64,000 nucleotides of DNA from Opitutaceae bacterium (GTDB lineage Bacteria; Verrucomicrobiota; Verrucomicrobiia; Opitutales; Coraliomargaritaceae), in contig JBPOFY010000003.1 of the NCBI GenBank assembly GCA_051252375.1, positions 32,001 through 96,000 on the forward strand, in the 5' to 3' direction. Under the pieces are notes generated by a model that was not told the origin of the DNA, ran no database searches, and was given only the letters and a program-made list of their open reading frames with translations. Positions within the stretch are counted from its first letter, which is position 1, and the number at the start of each line of letters is the position of its first letter. This document shows, one piece after another, positions 18,359 through 29,222 of the stretch. A program made the translations under genes and the position numbers.

Positions 18359-19849
18359 ATGACCACCGAATCCAATCACACCCCCGTAATCCCACGTAAG
18401 TATCTGCTTTCGTTCATTCTTGTGACGACATTGTTCTCCCTTTGGGGGTTTGCCAATGACGTGACAAATCCTCTCGTTGCTGTTTTCAAGGATGTATTCG
18501 TTATCACGAATGCTCAAAGCACATGGGTGCAAATGGCTTTCTATGGTGGTTATGCCACGATGGCGCTTCCCGCCGCGATCTTCATTCGCCGTTTTTCCTA
18601 TAAAATGGGTATTATCGTTGGTTTGTCGCTCTATGCAGCTGGCGCACTTCTTTCAATTCCCGCCGCAGCAGGTGCGAATTTCAACTTGTTCATTATCGCT
18701 CTCTACATCTTGACCTTCGGGTTGGCTTTCCTCGAAACGACTGCCAATCCTTACATCCTCTCGATGGGGCCGCCAGAAACAGCCACACGTCGTCTGAATT
18801 TGGCTCAAGCTTTCAATCCAATGGGTTCTTTGACCGGTATGTTCATTGCCGGCACAGTTATTCTCTCCGCTATTCAGGTGGAAGACTTCAAGAATGACGT
18901 CAACGGTTACGCAGCCGATATGGCAACTGCTGAAGTCGTGCAAATGGAGTATAATATTCCTGCTTTCCTTCAGTCCAAGCCACGCGAACGTGTGAACGAC
19001 GAGAACGTGAAGGCATACGTGATGGAAAAGGGCGTCGATGCACCAGCTACCGCACTGCAAGACTTTAAGGACGGTGAAATCGTAAGCTTCCAGGGGATGA
19101 CTCACCGTGAGTTACAGCAAAATGACCTCAAGCTTGTTGCCATGCCATACACCGCAATTGGTTGTATTGTCTTGGTCGTTTTAGTGGTCTTTGCCGTTAC
19201 GAAGCTTCCACATACCAGCCCACCTGACGCGGATCATGATGTGCACTTTGGTCGGACCATCAAACGACTCTTTACAAATCCGATGTATGTGGGTGGCGTG
19301 ATTGCGCAGACCTTCTATGTGGGTGCTCAAATCATGACATGGACCTTCATTATTCAGTATGCTGAAAATGAATTGGGCATCGATAAAGCGACTGCCCAGA
19401 ACTTCAACATCATGGCGATGGTGATCTTCCTTTGCAGCCGTTTTGTTTGCACATTCTTCCTGAAGTATATCGCTCCAAGCAAGTTACTCCTTCTGTTGAG
19501 TGCTGGTGCCATTGCCTTCACTTTGGGCGCAATCTATCTGCAAGGACTGACGGGTCTCTACTCACTCGTTCTGATCTCCGCATGTATGTCTCTAATGTTC
19601 CCGACCATTTATGGCCTCGCGCTTGATGGAGTTGGTGAAGATGCCAAGCTCGGTTCTGCCGGTCTTATCTTCGCGATTGTGGGTGGTGTCTTTATGACTC
19701 GTTTCCAAGGTCAAATTCTTGACTTGGATAGCTTCATGGGCACGACAGCGACTCGTGGCTCTTTCTTCCTCGTCGTTCTTTGCTTCATTATCATCGCTAT
19801 TTACGGTGTAGTCGCAATGCGCGCTAAAGCTAAAGCCGTAGCAGCATAA
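18359..19849 (+). CDS. fucP: L-fucose:H+ symporter (MFS FHS family)
   Basis: LWGFAND, FLETTANPY, RRLNLAQAFNP and SLMFPTIY motifs. Confidence 0.88.
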   Translation: MTTESNHTPVIPRKYLLSFILVTTLFSLWGFANDVTNPLVAVFKDVFVITNAQSTWVQMAFYGGYATMALPAAIFIRRFSYKMGIIVGLSLYAAGALLSIPAAAGANFNLFIIALYILTFGLAFLETTANPYILSMGPPETATRRLNLAQAFNPMGSLTGMFIAGTVILSAIQVEDFKNDVNGYAADMATAEVVQMEYNIPAFLQSKPRERVNDENVKAYVMEKGVDAPATALQDFKDGEIVSFQGMTHRELQQNDLKLVAMPYTAIGCIVLVVLVVFAVTKLPHTSPPDADHDVHFGRTIKRLFTNPMYVGGVIAQTFYVGAQIMTWTFIIQYAENELGIDKATAQNFNIMAMVIFLCSRFVCTFFLKYIAPSKLLLLLSAGAIAFTLGAIYLQGLTGLYSLVLISACMSLMFPTIYGLALDGVGEDAKLGSAGLIFAIVGGVFMTRFQGQILDLDSFMGTTATRGSFFLVVLCFIIIAIYGVVAMRAKAKAVAA

Positions 19850-19882
19850 ATTGAAGAACACTTCATCATAATTTAATTTCTT

Positions 19883-19919
19883 TACCCCGTCGTTGCCCAT
19901 GGGCGCGACGGGGTATTTT
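19883..19919 (+). terminator. Stem-loop/terminator between fucP and the fucosidase gene
   Basis: TACCCCGTCG...CGACGGGGTA-TTTT. Confidence 0.7.
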
Positions 19920-19946
19920 ATTTCTTAAGATTTCCCACCTGTTAGT

Positions 19947-21719
19947 ATGACCATTAAAAATATCGCTATAGTCGGGCTCCTCGGAGCATTGAGTTTTCAC
20001 GCAGTCCACGCTGAAACAGGCATGGATGAATTATGGGGTGAGAGCGTCGTTAAGCTTCGTGCGGAAGACGCCAAACGTGGTCAGCTCTTTGATGAGGGCA
20101 ACTACGCCATGTTCATTCACTGGGGGCTCTACTCTCAGTTGGGGAACAATGTCGATGGTAAGACATATTACGGTATCGGCGAATGGATCATGAGTCCGCG
20201 TATGGCTGGTATCCCAGTCGACGAATACAAGGAACTGGCAGGCACTTTCAACCCGGTCAAATTCGATGCCAAGGCCATCGCCAAGCTCGCATACGATGCT
20301 GGCATGAAATACATCATCATCACCAGCAAGCACCATGACGGTTTTGCGATGTATGATTCCAAGTCGAGCGATTTTGATATCACTGATTCCACACCGTGGG
20401 GTAGGGACCCAATGAAAGAATTGTCTGAGGCTTGTCGTGAGTTCGGTATCGGATTTGGTTTTTATTATTCACACAATCAAGATTGGACCTATCCGGGAGG
20501 TTTTCGTGGCCCGGAGAAGGACAAGAAAGGTAAACGAAAGACTTTTGATGATTACTTCATTGAAAAGTGTCTTCCACAAGTCGAAGAGATCACGACAGAG
20601 TATGGTCCTATTGAAATCGTCTGGTTCGATACGCCGGGTAATATGCCCAAGAAGTATGTCGAACAACTCGTAGCCGTCGTGCATAAGAATCAGCCCAATG
20701 CTTTGGTCTCTGGCCGTGCGGGGCATAATCTAGGCGACTATCAGTCGCTTGGTGATATGGAAGTGCCGCTCGTTAAAGTTCCTGGCATGTGGGAGAGCGT
20801 CGATACGACGAATGATTCTTGGGCGTATGCTTGGTATGATGAGAACTGGAAACCCGCGAAAGAGATTCTTCACCGCACCATTGCGACCGTTGCACGTGGT
20901 GGCACATATATGTTGAATATCGGTCCTCGTGGGGATGGCTCTGTGCCAGAGCATGCTGCCGATGCGCTGCGCAAATCGGGCGCTTGGATTAAAAAGTATC
21001 CCAACATTATTTACGGTGCCGGACCTTCTCCATACGAACATGCGTTGCCTTGGGGTGATGTCACGCTACGTGGCAATACGCTGCAACTCTCCGTTTTCGA
21101 ATGGCCTACTTCAGGAGAACTTTATCTTCCAGGTTTGAAAAATGAAGTCACCGCTGCTCGTTTGTTGACAGGGAAGGATGCGCAGCCACTTGAGTTTACT
21201 TCAAAAGATGGTTGGCTTCAAATTTCGATTCCACTGGTTGCACCGGAAAAATACGTGTCTGTTATTGAGTTGGATGTCGTAGACACTCCGAAGGCTGACT
21301 CTACATGGGGTCTCGATCCTAATATGACAACTAGCATCCGAGCTAACTTTGCTACCTCCAAAGGAGCCAAGCTTCAAAACAATCGTTGGATGGAGAAATT
21401 CGGCGAGTGGAAGCACATGAAGCAAGTCATCGATTGGCAAGAAGGTGGTATCGCTACTTGGGTGGTCGATGTCGCTGTGTCAGGCACGTATCACATTGAT
21501 CTCAGCTACTTAGGCGAAGGTCGAGTCGTATGGCAGGTTGCCATTGAAGGCGGCGAGACCATTCGCAACCAACAAGCTTCATCGAGCGTGTATCACAAGT
21601 ATCCTATCGGTTGGATGAATTTCCCAGAAGCGGGTCGCTATACGATTAATGTTTCCTGCATCGAAGGTGATACTGAAGCTGCTGGTCTCAGTGAGATCCA
21701 CTTCACGCGCGTTCAGTAG
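19947..21719 (+). CDS. Secreted GH29 alpha-L-fucosidase with a C-terminal beta-sandwich domain
   Basis: Signal peptide; MFIHWGLYS, SKHHDGF, WFD nucleophile and LNIGP motifs. Confidence 0.92.
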   Translation: MTIKNIAIVGLLGALSFHAVHAETGMDELWGESVVKLRAEDAKRGQLFDEGNYAMFIHWGLYSQLGNNVDGKTYYGIGEWIMSPRMAGIPVDEYKELAGTFNPVKFDAKAIAKLAYDAGMKYIIITSKHHDGFAMYDSKSSDFDITDSTPWGRDPMKELSEACREFGIGFGFYYSHNQDWTYPGGFRGPEKDKKGKRKTFDDYFIEKCLPQVEEITTEYGPIEIVWFDTPGNMPKKYVEQLVAVVHKNQPNALVSGRAGHNLGDYQSLGDMEVPLVKVPGMWESVDTTNDSWAYAWYDENWKPAKEILHRTIATVARGGTYMLNIGPRGDGSVPEHAADALRKSGAWIKKYPNIIYGAGPSPYEHALPWGDVTLRGNTLQLSVFEWPTSGELYLPGLKNEVTAARLLTGKDAQPLEFTSKDGWLQISIPLVAPEKYVSVIELDVVDTPKADSTWGLDPNMTTSIRANFATSKGAKLQNNRWMEKFGEWKHMKQVIDWQEGGIATWVVDVAVSGTYHIDLSYLGEGRVVWQVAIEGGETIRNQQASSSVYHKYPIGWMNFPEAGRYTINVSCIEGDTEAAGLSEIHFTRVQ

Positions 21720-21735
21720 AACTCGTCTGCCTTAA

Positions 21736-22608
21736 TTACGTCGCGAGCACAGACTCCAAGGCTTCGATTAGTCGGCTGCGGAGCGCTGTTGATTGCTCGG
21801 CGAGTTTGGCTTGTTCGACCTCGTATTCAGCACGACCTTCCGGGGTTTCGATGAGGATTGGCGTGTAGCCGAGTTGGCGGCAATCGTAGGGGCTGGCACG
21901 CATGTCGATCTCGCGGCAGGTGACGGCATATTCAAATGTATCCCAGAGTAGTTCGGTGCCGACCCATGGCATGCACTTTGCGGTCCATTTGTAGAGATCC
22001 ATGTTGGTGTGCAGGCAACCGGGTTGCTCGTTGTCCATGCGGGTGTCTTGAGTGGGCTGGAGTCGATTGAACCCGAGTGCGGTCTGAGTAAAGAAACGAA
22101 AGGCGTCGAAGTGGCTGCAGCAGATCGGGCGACTTTCGACGATGGCGTCGATTTCGCTTTGTGGGAGTCGTAGCGGTAAGGTGCCTTCGTGGCGGACGCG
22201 CCCTTCGGGACCACCTTGATAGACCATCGCCCATTCGTGCATACCGAAACAGCCAAATTGGGCGGATCGATTGCGGACGACGCGACATAGATCGAGGCTC
22301 CATTGCAGGCGTTTACGTGCTTTCGAATCGAGCTTGTTGCGGTCGAGCGCGACACAGCCGTTTGCTAGGGTGTAGGCTTTTGTGTTGTAGCCAGGAGGAA
22401 ACGAGTCGGTCTCCAGCGCGACATCGAGCCCTGGGTGCCAATACTCTAAAAGTGCGGGGGCGAAACGGTAGTAGATGAATAAGAAATCATAGACCGGGTG
22501 CATCGTGCTTTGAGCGCGACGCGAACGATAGGGAGTCGTCCATTTGACAGCTCGCTCCAGATGTGTGGCCGCGCGTGTCTGCCATTGACTGGCATCGAGT
22601 GTTTGCAT
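21736..22608 (-). CDS. Conserved protein of the family usually annotated '3-methyladenine DNA glycosylase' (function unverified)
   Basis: HPVYDFLFIYY, CFGMHEWAMVY, CSHFDAFRFF, EQPGCLHTNMDLYKW and DMRASPYD motifs. Confidence 0.7.
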   Translation of the reverse strand: MQTLDASQWQTRAATHLERAVKWTTPYRSRRAQSTMHPVYDFLFIYYRFAPALLEYWHPGLDVALETDSFPPGYNTKAYTLANGCVALDRNKLDSKARKRLQWSLDLCRVVRNRSAQFGCFGMHEWAMVYQGGPEGRVRHEGTLPLRLPQSEIDAIVESRPICCSHFDAFRFFTQTALGFNRLQPTQDTRMDNEQPGCLHTNMDLYKWTAKCMPWVGTELLWDTFEYAVTCREIDMRASPYDCRQLGYTPILIETPEGRAEYEVEQAKLAEQSTALRSRLIEALESVLAT

Positions 22609-22610
22609 GC

Positions 22611-22997
22611 TCAATCTTTTGCGTCCGTTGCGTTTTCAGGGAGTTCCTGAGGGCAGACGACGAAGTAGCTCATGATCACCCAACTGAGTAGCAGCGGGTA
22701 GAGCAGCACGCAGAGCAGTATCGAGCCGACAATGCCTATGGTGACGCCGGTCCACATCCCGATCTTGTCGAGCACCACGAGTATACAGATCGGAATGATG
22801 ACGATGATGATCGCGAGCACGTAACCGATCGAGGTGGTGCCAAAGTAGAAGCCAGACTCCTCTTTTTCCAACTGCATGTCGCACTCGGTGCAACGCTTGT
22901 TGAGGCGAAACCAATTTTTAAACATGCCGAAGCCACCGCAATTTGGACAACGTCCGGTCAGGCTGCGTGTGATGATTTCGACGCGTTCAATTTTCAT
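22611..22997 (-). CDS. DUF983-family membrane protein
   Basis: RCPNCG...CTEC zinc ribbon plus two TM helices. Confidence 0.75.
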   Translation of the reverse strand: MKIERVEIITRSLTGRCPNCGGFGMFKNWFRLNKRCTECDMQLEKEESGFYFGTTSIGYVLAIIIVIIPICILVVLDKIGMWTGVTIGIVGSILLCVLLYPLLLSWVIMSYFVVCPQELPENATDAKD

Positions 22998-23022
22998 TAC
23001 TTAGTTTTTGAGCGCAAACTGC

Positions 23023-23172
23023 CTACCAAGGAATGTAATTCAGTGGATTGTAGCTGCGGTTCTTTTCAATCGTCACGCCGTTTTCTGACCGCGTCGTGCC
23101 GCAACCTGTGAGCGCAGTGAGCAGCAGTGCAGATGCGAGGAACACGGCGGAGGTTTTTTGTAGGAGCTTCAT
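23023..23172 (-). CDS. Small lipoprotein
   Basis: ATG at 23172; LTGC lipobox. Confidence 0.65.
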   Translation of the reverse strand: MKLLQKTSAVFLASALLLTALTGCGTTRSENGVTIEKNRSYNPLNYIPW

Positions 23173-23191
23173 AAGTATTTTGTTTGTGGGG

Positions 23192-24352
23192 TTAGTTGTA
23201 GAAATCGGCAATCACTTCGACCACACGTTCAATCATTTCGGTGGTGAGGTCGGGGTAGATCGGTAACGCTAAGCTCATCGAAGCGGCGCGTTCAGAATTT
23301 GGGAAATCGCCTTTTTTGTAGCCGAGCAGGCGGAAGCATTCTTGCTCATGAAGTGCGAGCGGATAGTAAATTTCGCAACCTACATTGTTTGCTTTCATGT
23401 GCTCCATCAGTGCGTCGCGTTGTTCGCTGTAGATGACAAATTGATTGTAGATGTGGTAGTTGTTTTCCTTTTCGATCGGTAGCACGATGCCGTTGCTGAG
23501 GCTTGAATCGAGCGCGTCGGCTGTGCGAATCAAGCCAGCCGCCTTAAAGAGTTTGTTATATAGGCTGGCGTTCTCACGGCGTTGCTCATGCCAAGTGTTG
23601 AGGTGTGGCAGTTTGACGTTGAGGACGGCTGCTTGCAGCGCATCGAGGCGGAAGTTGCCGCCGACTCGTGGGTGGTAGTATTTCGGCTCCATCCCGTGGT
23701 TACGGAGTTGGCGTAAGATTGAGGCGTAGTCCGCGTCGTCGGTCACCACCATGCCACCATCGCCGAAGCCACCTAGGTTCTTTGTCGGGAAGAAAGAGAG
23801 GCAGCCCATGTGCCCGAAGGAGCAGGCGGGGCGGTCATTTTGTTTCGAACCGATCGCCTGAGCCGCGTCTTCTATTACGAGGAGGTCGTGCTCGCGGGCG
23901 ATTTGATTGATGGCGCGCATGTCGGCCATTTGCCCAAAGAGGTGCACTGGAATGATCGCACGAGTTTTATCGGTGATCACTGCTTCGATCTTGGAGACGT
24001 CGATATTGAATGTGTCGGGTTCGATGTCGACGAGGACTGGCGTCGCGCCGACTCGAACGATCGATCCGACAGTTCCGAAGAATGTGTAAGGCGTGGTGAT
24101 GACTTCGTCACCTGGACCAATGCCCAGCGCCATCAGCGCGACGATGAGAGCGTCAGTTCCAGAGGAAACGCCCACGCCGTGCTCGACAGCGCAGTAATCA
24201 GCCACACCGGCTTCGAAGCACTCCACCTCGGGTCCGAGGATGAAATATTGCGAACGTGCTACGGCCAATACGGCTTTATCCAGTTCGTCCGATAGCGCGG
24301 CGTATTGGGGCTTAAGATCCAAGAGGGGGACAGAGACTTTAGATTCACTCAT
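23192..24352 (-). CDS. DegT/DnrJ/EryC1/StrS PLP aminotransferase
   Basis: IEDAAQAIG and [15 protein letters not shown] motifs. Confidence 0.92.
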   Translation of the reverse strand: MSESKVSVPLLDLKPQYAALSDELDKAVLAVARSQYFILGPEVECFEAGVADYCAVEHGVGVSSGTDALIVALMALGIGPGDEVITTPYTFFGTVGSIVRVGATPVLVDIEPDTFNIDVSKIEAVITDKTRAIIPVHLFGQMADMRAINQIAREHDLLVIEDAAQAIGSKQNDRPACSFGHMGCLSFFPTKNLGGFGDGGMVVTDDADYASILRQLRNHGMEPKYYHPRVGGNFRLDALQAAVLNVKLPHLNTWHEQRRENASLYNKLFKAAGLIRTADALDSSLSNGIVLPIEKENNYHIYNQFVIYSEQRDALMEHMKANNVGCEIYYPLALHEQECFRLLGYKKGDFPNSERAASMSLALPIYPDLTTEMIERVVEVIADFYN

Positions 24353-24518
24353 ATCGTGTCATGTTTCCCTCTATTTCTGAAAGTGTCTAGCCTGCTTTTG
24401 TTTTACAGGAATGATGGCCTGTGATTGATATTGGGAGGTAGGGCAGGAGAGCCGGTGTCGCGTTACCATCGCACTCAGAGATTTATAGGAGTTAAGCCTA
24501 CATTTTATCATACACTCA

Positions 24519-25178
24519 ATGAACTTCGGACATCTCGCACGCTACTATCATTTACTTGAAGTGGTCTTTATCGGTCGCGGGCTGCTGCGTGCGCGAACCG
24601 CTCAATTGGAGCGACTTGCGCAAGGGCGTCCGAATCAGCATGCGCTGATGGTGGGTGAGGGGAATGGCAGTTTCCTTTTAGCTTTTCTTGAGCAATTCCC
24701 TGAAGTCCGCGTCACGGTGAATGACTTGAGCCCGGAAATGTTGGAAGTGGCAAGGGCAAGACTTAGGGATTCGGGAGTTGATGCGTCTCGGGTTGAATTC
24801 ATTGCAGGAGACATACGGGATGTGGAGCGCCCGGCGAATGGATACGATTTGATAGCGACACATTTCTTCTTCGACAATTTTGACGATGGGGTAGCCGCAG
24901 AGATGGTGCGCATTGTGGAATCTTTGAGTGCAACAGAAGCGCAATGGCTGGTGTCTGATTTCTGTATGCCTGAGGGTGGATGGCGTGCACTCCGTGCGAA
25001 AGTGTGGCTCAGCTTGCTCTACGGCTTCTTTGGCCGCTTTGCGGGTCTGAAGACGCGGCAACTGCCTGCAACCGAGTCACATCTTGTAGTCGGTCGATTC
25101 ATCCGCACCAATCGAAAGACCTTTTGCGGTGGGATGTTGTATAGCTCGCACTATCAGACGGTGCATTCGGGAGAGTAG
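24519..25178 (+). CDS. Class I SAM-dependent methyltransferase
   Basis: VGEGNG motif I; YDLIATHFFFD. Confidence 0.8.
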   Translation: MNFGHLARYYHLLEVVFIGRGLLRARTAQLERLAQGRPNQHALMVGEGNGSFLLAFLEQFPEVRVTVNDLSPEMLEVARARLRDSGVDASRVEFIAGDIRDVERPANGYDLIATHFFFDNFDDGVAAEMVRIVESLSATEAQWLVSDFCMPEGGWRALRAKVWLSLLYGFFGRFAGLKTRQLPATESHLVVGRFIRTNRKTFCGGMLYSSHYQTVHSGE

Positions 25179-25212
25179 GCGTGTCTTTCGTAGTCAAATC
25201 GTGCTATCCAAT

Positions 25213-25833
25213 CTACAACGTCACTGCTCCGGTCAAAACGAAGAGGGCGACTTGAACGCAGCCGATTATGAAGCCGAGGATTGCGCCGAGGCGTTCGATG
25301 GTGCGGAACTCACGACTCGCGACTTCGTTGACGATACCTTCGAGGCGATCCAAATCAAAGGCGGCAATGTTGTCTTCGATCATTTGCTTGAGGTCGACTG
25401 AGGCTTCAAACTGGGTAGCGACTTTTTCCATCAGTGGACCGGCTTCTTCCTTCATTGAGGCGGCGGCGATGACCTCGAATTTGGCGAGGGTGCTGTCGTT
25501 GATAAAACTGCCGAGCAAAGGAATGGCACGGAGCTGCGGTCCGATGCGCTCCCAGACTACCTTGTGTGCGGCCTCTTCAAGATAGGGACCGAGTTCGATC
25601 TTACGGATTTCGTGCAAGATCATGTGTTGTTGGAGAATCTCACGTTCGATGATCTCGGCGGATTCCTTGGCGAGCTGCAGTTGACGGCGTGGTATGAGCC
25701 CCTGCCATTTCCATAAAAAGATCCGCATCGGCACGCGTGGATGAAACAGCATCTTGATCGCGACCCAATTCGTGAACCAACCGATCGCGGCCGTAATGAA
25801 AGGAGTGAGGATGAGTAAGACTGGAGTGGTCAT
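25213..25833 (-). CDS. DUF445-family membrane protein
   Basis: IGWFTNWVAIKMLFHP and IERLGAILGFIIG motifs. Confidence 0.85.
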   Translation of the reverse strand: MTTPVLLILTPFITAAIGWFTNWVAIKMLFHPRVPMRIFLWKWQGLIPRRQLQLAKESAEIIEREILQQHMILHEIRKIELGPYLEEAAHKVVWERIGPQLRAIPLLGSFINDSTLAKFEVIAAASMKEEAGPLMEKVATQFEASVDLKQMIEDNIAAFDLDRLEGIVNEVASREFRTIERLGAILGFIIGCVQVALFVLTGAVTL

Positions 25834-25837
25834 TGCG

Positions 25838-25887
25838 AGAGAAGTGGAGAGCGGGAAGTGGAGAGTAGGGAGTGGGAAGTGGAAGAG
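25838..25887. repeat. Purine-rich heptamer tandem repeat
   Basis: GAGAAGT GGAGAGC GGGAAGT GGAGAGT AGGGAGT GGGAAGT. Confidence 0.7.
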
Positions 25888-26020
25888 TAGTGCATGGTTC
25901 TGGGCTTTGGATCAAGCTTGGTGGTTCGAAAATGCATGTCACTGATCGTGCAGCGTTTAGAGGCTAATACTAGGCTTACTGAGTTGCCATCTGCTTCTGG
26001 GATTCTCATTTTTGTTGGCA

Positions 26021-26545
26021 ATGAGTATTGCAACCAAGACCGGTGATGCCGGCACCACGGCGCTTTTATTTGGTAAACGTGTCCCTAAGACGCACTTACG
26101 GGTGATGACTTATGGGCGGATCGATGAGTTGACCTCTGCGTTGGGGCTGTGCCGTGCGCATTGTGAGATCGAGGGCACCAAAGCCTTGGTGCATGGGATC
26201 CAAAAAGAACTGATCTATCTAATGTCGGAATTGGCGACGGATGATGTCGACCAAGGTCGATTTCTAGAAAAGTATGCAGAAAAGTATATCTCAGAGTCGA
26301 TGGTTGAGAACCTGACCACGACTATTCACGCCAAGGAATCTAATGACGGTGGCTTTGCCGGCTGGACATATCCGGGCAATACGATTGCTGATGCGTTTTT
26401 TGACCAAGCCCGCACAACTTGTCGCCGCGCTGAGCGCGGAGTGGTGGCCTTAAAAGAAAGCGGTGCGATCGTTCGTCCCGAGTTGATGCAGTATTTGAAC
26501 CGTTTGGCTGATTTGCTTTGGCTCCTCGGTCGTGAGCACGCGTAG
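26021..26545 (+). CDS. pduO: PduO-type ATP:cob(I)alamin adenosyltransferase
   Basis: TKTGDAGTT, YGRIDELTS, RTTCRRAER and YLNRLAD motifs. Confidence 0.88.
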   Translation: MSIATKTGDAGTTALLFGKRVPKTHLRVMTYGRIDELTSALGLCRAHCEIEGTKALVHGIQKELIYLMSELATDDVDQGRFLEKYAEKYISESMVENLTTTIHAKESNDGGFAGWTYPGNTIADAFFDQARTTCRRAERGVVALKESGAIVRPELMQYLNRLADLLWLLGREHA

Positions 26546-26690
26546 GTCGTGAGCAGTGGGCAGTGAGGAGTCGGCTTTTGTCTGACTCCAAATTTGAATC
26601 AAGTAGTCGCGAACTACTTTCCGAAATCAGTTTACTCTGCGCGGAATATGGATTCGCTGTAATCTTTCTGCCACTTCCTCTGTTTATCTG

Positions 26691-28124
26691 ATGCAAATTA
26701 TTCCTTCCAGTATGTTGCCTGAGCGCGATGAGGGCGCACTGCGTTCTTTTCTGGAAGGTTGTCGCGAGGCGGCGCGGGCGAAGGGGCATTTCCAGATTGC
26801 GAGTATCTCGTTGGCGGTGAAGCACATTGCGCCTTTGGCGGTTTTGGAGTCGATCTACGAGCCGGAGGAACTGCACTTTTATATTGAGCGTGCGGCGGAC
26901 GAAGAGGCGCTTGCTGGTGCGGAAGCAGTGGTGCAGGCGCAGTTTGATGGACCCAGCCGCTTTGCTGCTGTGCAGGTATTTGCCAAAGAAATTTTAGACA
27001 ACACGATTGCAGTGGGTGATCTGAGTGAGCCTTTTACTGGTCCGCATTTTTTTACCGCGTTTACTTTTGATGATTCGGTCTCGGAGGATGCCGCTTTTCC
27101 TGCGGCGACGGTTTTCTTGCCGCGTTGGCAGGTTTCACGTTCGAAGGGTAAATACGGCGCGTTGGCAAATCTGCGGATCGATCCGGATACGGATGTCGAT
27201 GTTTTGGTGGCTCGTGTCTGGGGTGCGTATAGTAAGTTTGGGGCCTTTGATTATGCAGAGGAGTCCGTGCCAGCGATGCCAGTGACGGAGGCAAAAGAAC
27301 GCTCACGCACTGAGCTCGCGCCGGATCATTACCCAGCTGCGGTCGAAGCGGCACTGGGTGAAATACGTTCAGGAGCTTACGAGAAGATCGTGCTGGCACG
27401 TGCCTTGGAATTAAAAGCGGATCGAGCGTGGCAACCACTCACGGCTTTGAATCGTTTGCGCGAACGTTTTGGCGGCTGTTTTACCTTTTCCTTCAGTGGT
27501 GGTGCGAAGGGCAGCTTTATCGGTGCCACACCAGAGCGCTTATTGCAGATACGCGATGGGCATTTGTTGACCGAAGCAATTGCTGGCTCTGCGCCGCGTG
27601 GCGCGACTGCGGGTGAAGACGCGAAATTCGCGCGCGGTCTACTTGAAAGCGAAAAAGATCAGCACGAGCATGCGTATGTGCGTGATTCGATTATTCGACG
27701 TTTAGCAAAACTCGGAGTGGTGGCGAAAGCCGAAGGCAGCCCACGTTTGTTGCCATTGGCAAATGTGCAACACTTGCGCACTCCGATCAGTGCCGAGGTC
27801 GGAGACTCAGTTCACTTACTAGATATGCTCGCCGATATGCACCCGACACCTGCAGTTGGCGGCACGCCGCGTGAGGCAGCGGTGCCACGCATAGCAGCAT
27901 TAGAACAACTGGAACGTGGTCTGTATTCCGGCGTCGTCGGTTGGTTCAATCACTTGAACGAAGGCGAGATGGTCGTCGGTATTCGCTCCGCATTGATCCA
28001 GGGCGACACGGCTACGCTCTACGCAGGTGCTGGCATCGTCGAAGGCTCCGATCCGGAAAAAGAAATGCGCGAAACCGAGATGAAGCTACATGCCTTGCTC
28101 GACGTGCTGACTGGGCAGGACTAG
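26691..28124 (+). CDS. menF: Isochorismate synthase
   Basis: [21 protein letters not shown] and YAGAGIV motifs. Confidence 0.88.
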   Translation: MQIIPSSMLPERDEGALRSFLEGCREAARAKGHFQIASISLAVKHIAPLAVLESIYEPEELHFYIERAADEEALAGAEAVVQAQFDGPSRFAAVQVFAKEILDNTIAVGDLSEPFTGPHFFTAFTFDDSVSEDAAFPAATVFLPRWQVSRSKGKYGALANLRIDPDTDVDVLVARVWGAYSKFGAFDYAEESVPAMPVTEAKERSRTELAPDHYPAAVEAALGEIRSGAYEKIVLARALELKADRAWQPLTALNRLRERFGGCFTFSFSGGAKGSFIGATPERLLQIRDGHLLTEAIAGSAPRGATAGEDAKFARGLLESEKDQHEHAYVRDSIIRRLAKLGVVAKAEGSPRLLPLANVQHLRTPISAEVGDSVHLLDMLADMHPTPAVGGTPREAAVPRIAALEQLERGLYSGVVGWFNHLNEGEMVVGIRSALIQGDTATLYAGAGIVEGSDPEKEMRETEMKLHALLDVLTGQD

Positions 28125-28147
28125 GCGGGCGAGTTAGCTCGGATCGG

Positions 28148-28171
28148 CACAGACAGGAATGTCTGTGTTAC
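28148..28171. repeat. Single REP-like hairpin between convergent menF and argF
   Basis: CACAGACA-GGAA-TGTCTGTG-TTAC. Confidence 0.55.
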
Positions 28172-29109
28172 TTTGCGTTGAGCTCTACCAGTTTCGCCAT
28201 GATTGCTTTTTGAGCGTGGAGGCGATTCTCGGCTTCGTCAAAGATGATGCTTTGTGGGCTGTCGAGGACTGCTTGGCTGACTTCTTCGCCAGCGTGGGCG
28301 GGGAGGCAGTGCATGAAGTATGCGTCGGGCTTGGCGAGTGCCATGAGCTCGGAAGTGACTTGATATGGTGCCATTTCCTTGAGGCGTGCTTCTGCTTGGG
28401 CTTCGTCGCCCATTGATACCCAGACGTCGGTGTAGATGGCGTCGGCGTTTTCGCAGGCGATCTTTGGGTCGTCGGTATAAGTGAAATTGACGGGTAGCCC
28501 GGCAGCTTTGAGTGCTTCGGTCACGCTCGCCTTTGGTTCGTAGCCCTTGGGGCCGGACACGACGATCTCCATGCCGAACATGGCGGCACTGAGAATCCAT
28601 GAGTTGGCCATGTTGCAGGCACTGTCCCCGAGAAAGGCGACTTTCTTACCTTTGAGCGTGTTGATATCCACCGAGTCGGGAGAATAGCGCTCCAGCAGGG
28701 TGAAGAGGTCGGCCATCAATTGGCAGGGGTGGTTGAAGTCTGTCAGGCCGTTCACGATGGGCATGGTGGCGTGCTTCGCGAACTCGGTCACCGTTTCGTG
28801 CTCGTAAGCCCGAATGACTAGACCGTGCAAATAGCGAGACAATACCTTGGAACTGTCTTCGACGGTTTCACCGCGGCCAATTTGGGTTTGCTGCGAGTTG
28901 AGCACGAGAGGGAAGCCGCCGAGTTCATTGACACCCACTTCAAAGGACACACGAGTCCGTGTGCTGCTCTTGTAGAAGAGTAGACCCCACGACTGCATGT
29001 TGAGGGGTTGAGGACCGCTGAGGCGGTTCTCCTTGAGGCTCTTGGCGAGCGAGAAGACTTCTTGTGCTTGTTCGAGCGTGAAATCTGTGACTTGTAGGAA
29101 ATGGTGCAT
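28168..29109 (-). CDS. argF: Ornithine carbamoyltransferase
   Basis: STRTR, HPCQ, DVWVSMG and HCLP motifs. Confidence 0.95.
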   Translation of the reverse strand: MHHFLQVTDFTLEQAQEVFSLAKSLKENRLSGPQPLNMQSWGLLFYKSSTRTRVSFEVGVNELGGFPLVLNSQQTQIGRGETVEDSSKVLSRYLHGLVIRAYEHETVTEFAKHATMPIVNGLTDFNHPCQLMADLFTLLERYSPDSVDINTLKGKKVAFLGDSACNMANSWILSAAMFGMEIVVSGPKGYEPKASVTEALKAAGLPVNFTYTDDPKIACENADAIYTDVWVSMGDEAQAEARLKEMAPYQVTSELMALAKPDAYFMHCLPAHAGEEVSQAVLDSPQSIIFDEAENRLHAQKAIMAKLVELNAK

Positions 29110-29118
29110 TTCAATTAA

Positions 29119-29222
29119 GAACATCGAACGTCCAACGTCGAACGTTGAACATCGAATGTCATGATGATGGGGTTAAATATTGATTCAGAATTCGAAGTTG
29201 GAAGTTCAACGTTCGATGTTCG
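29119..29222. repeat. Inverted heptamer (GAACRTC-type) tandem repeats
   Basis: GAACATC GAACGTC CAACGTC GAACGTT GAACATC ... GAAGTTG GAAGTTC AACGTTC GATGTTC; the right arm overlaps the argD 3' end. Confidence 0.8.
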
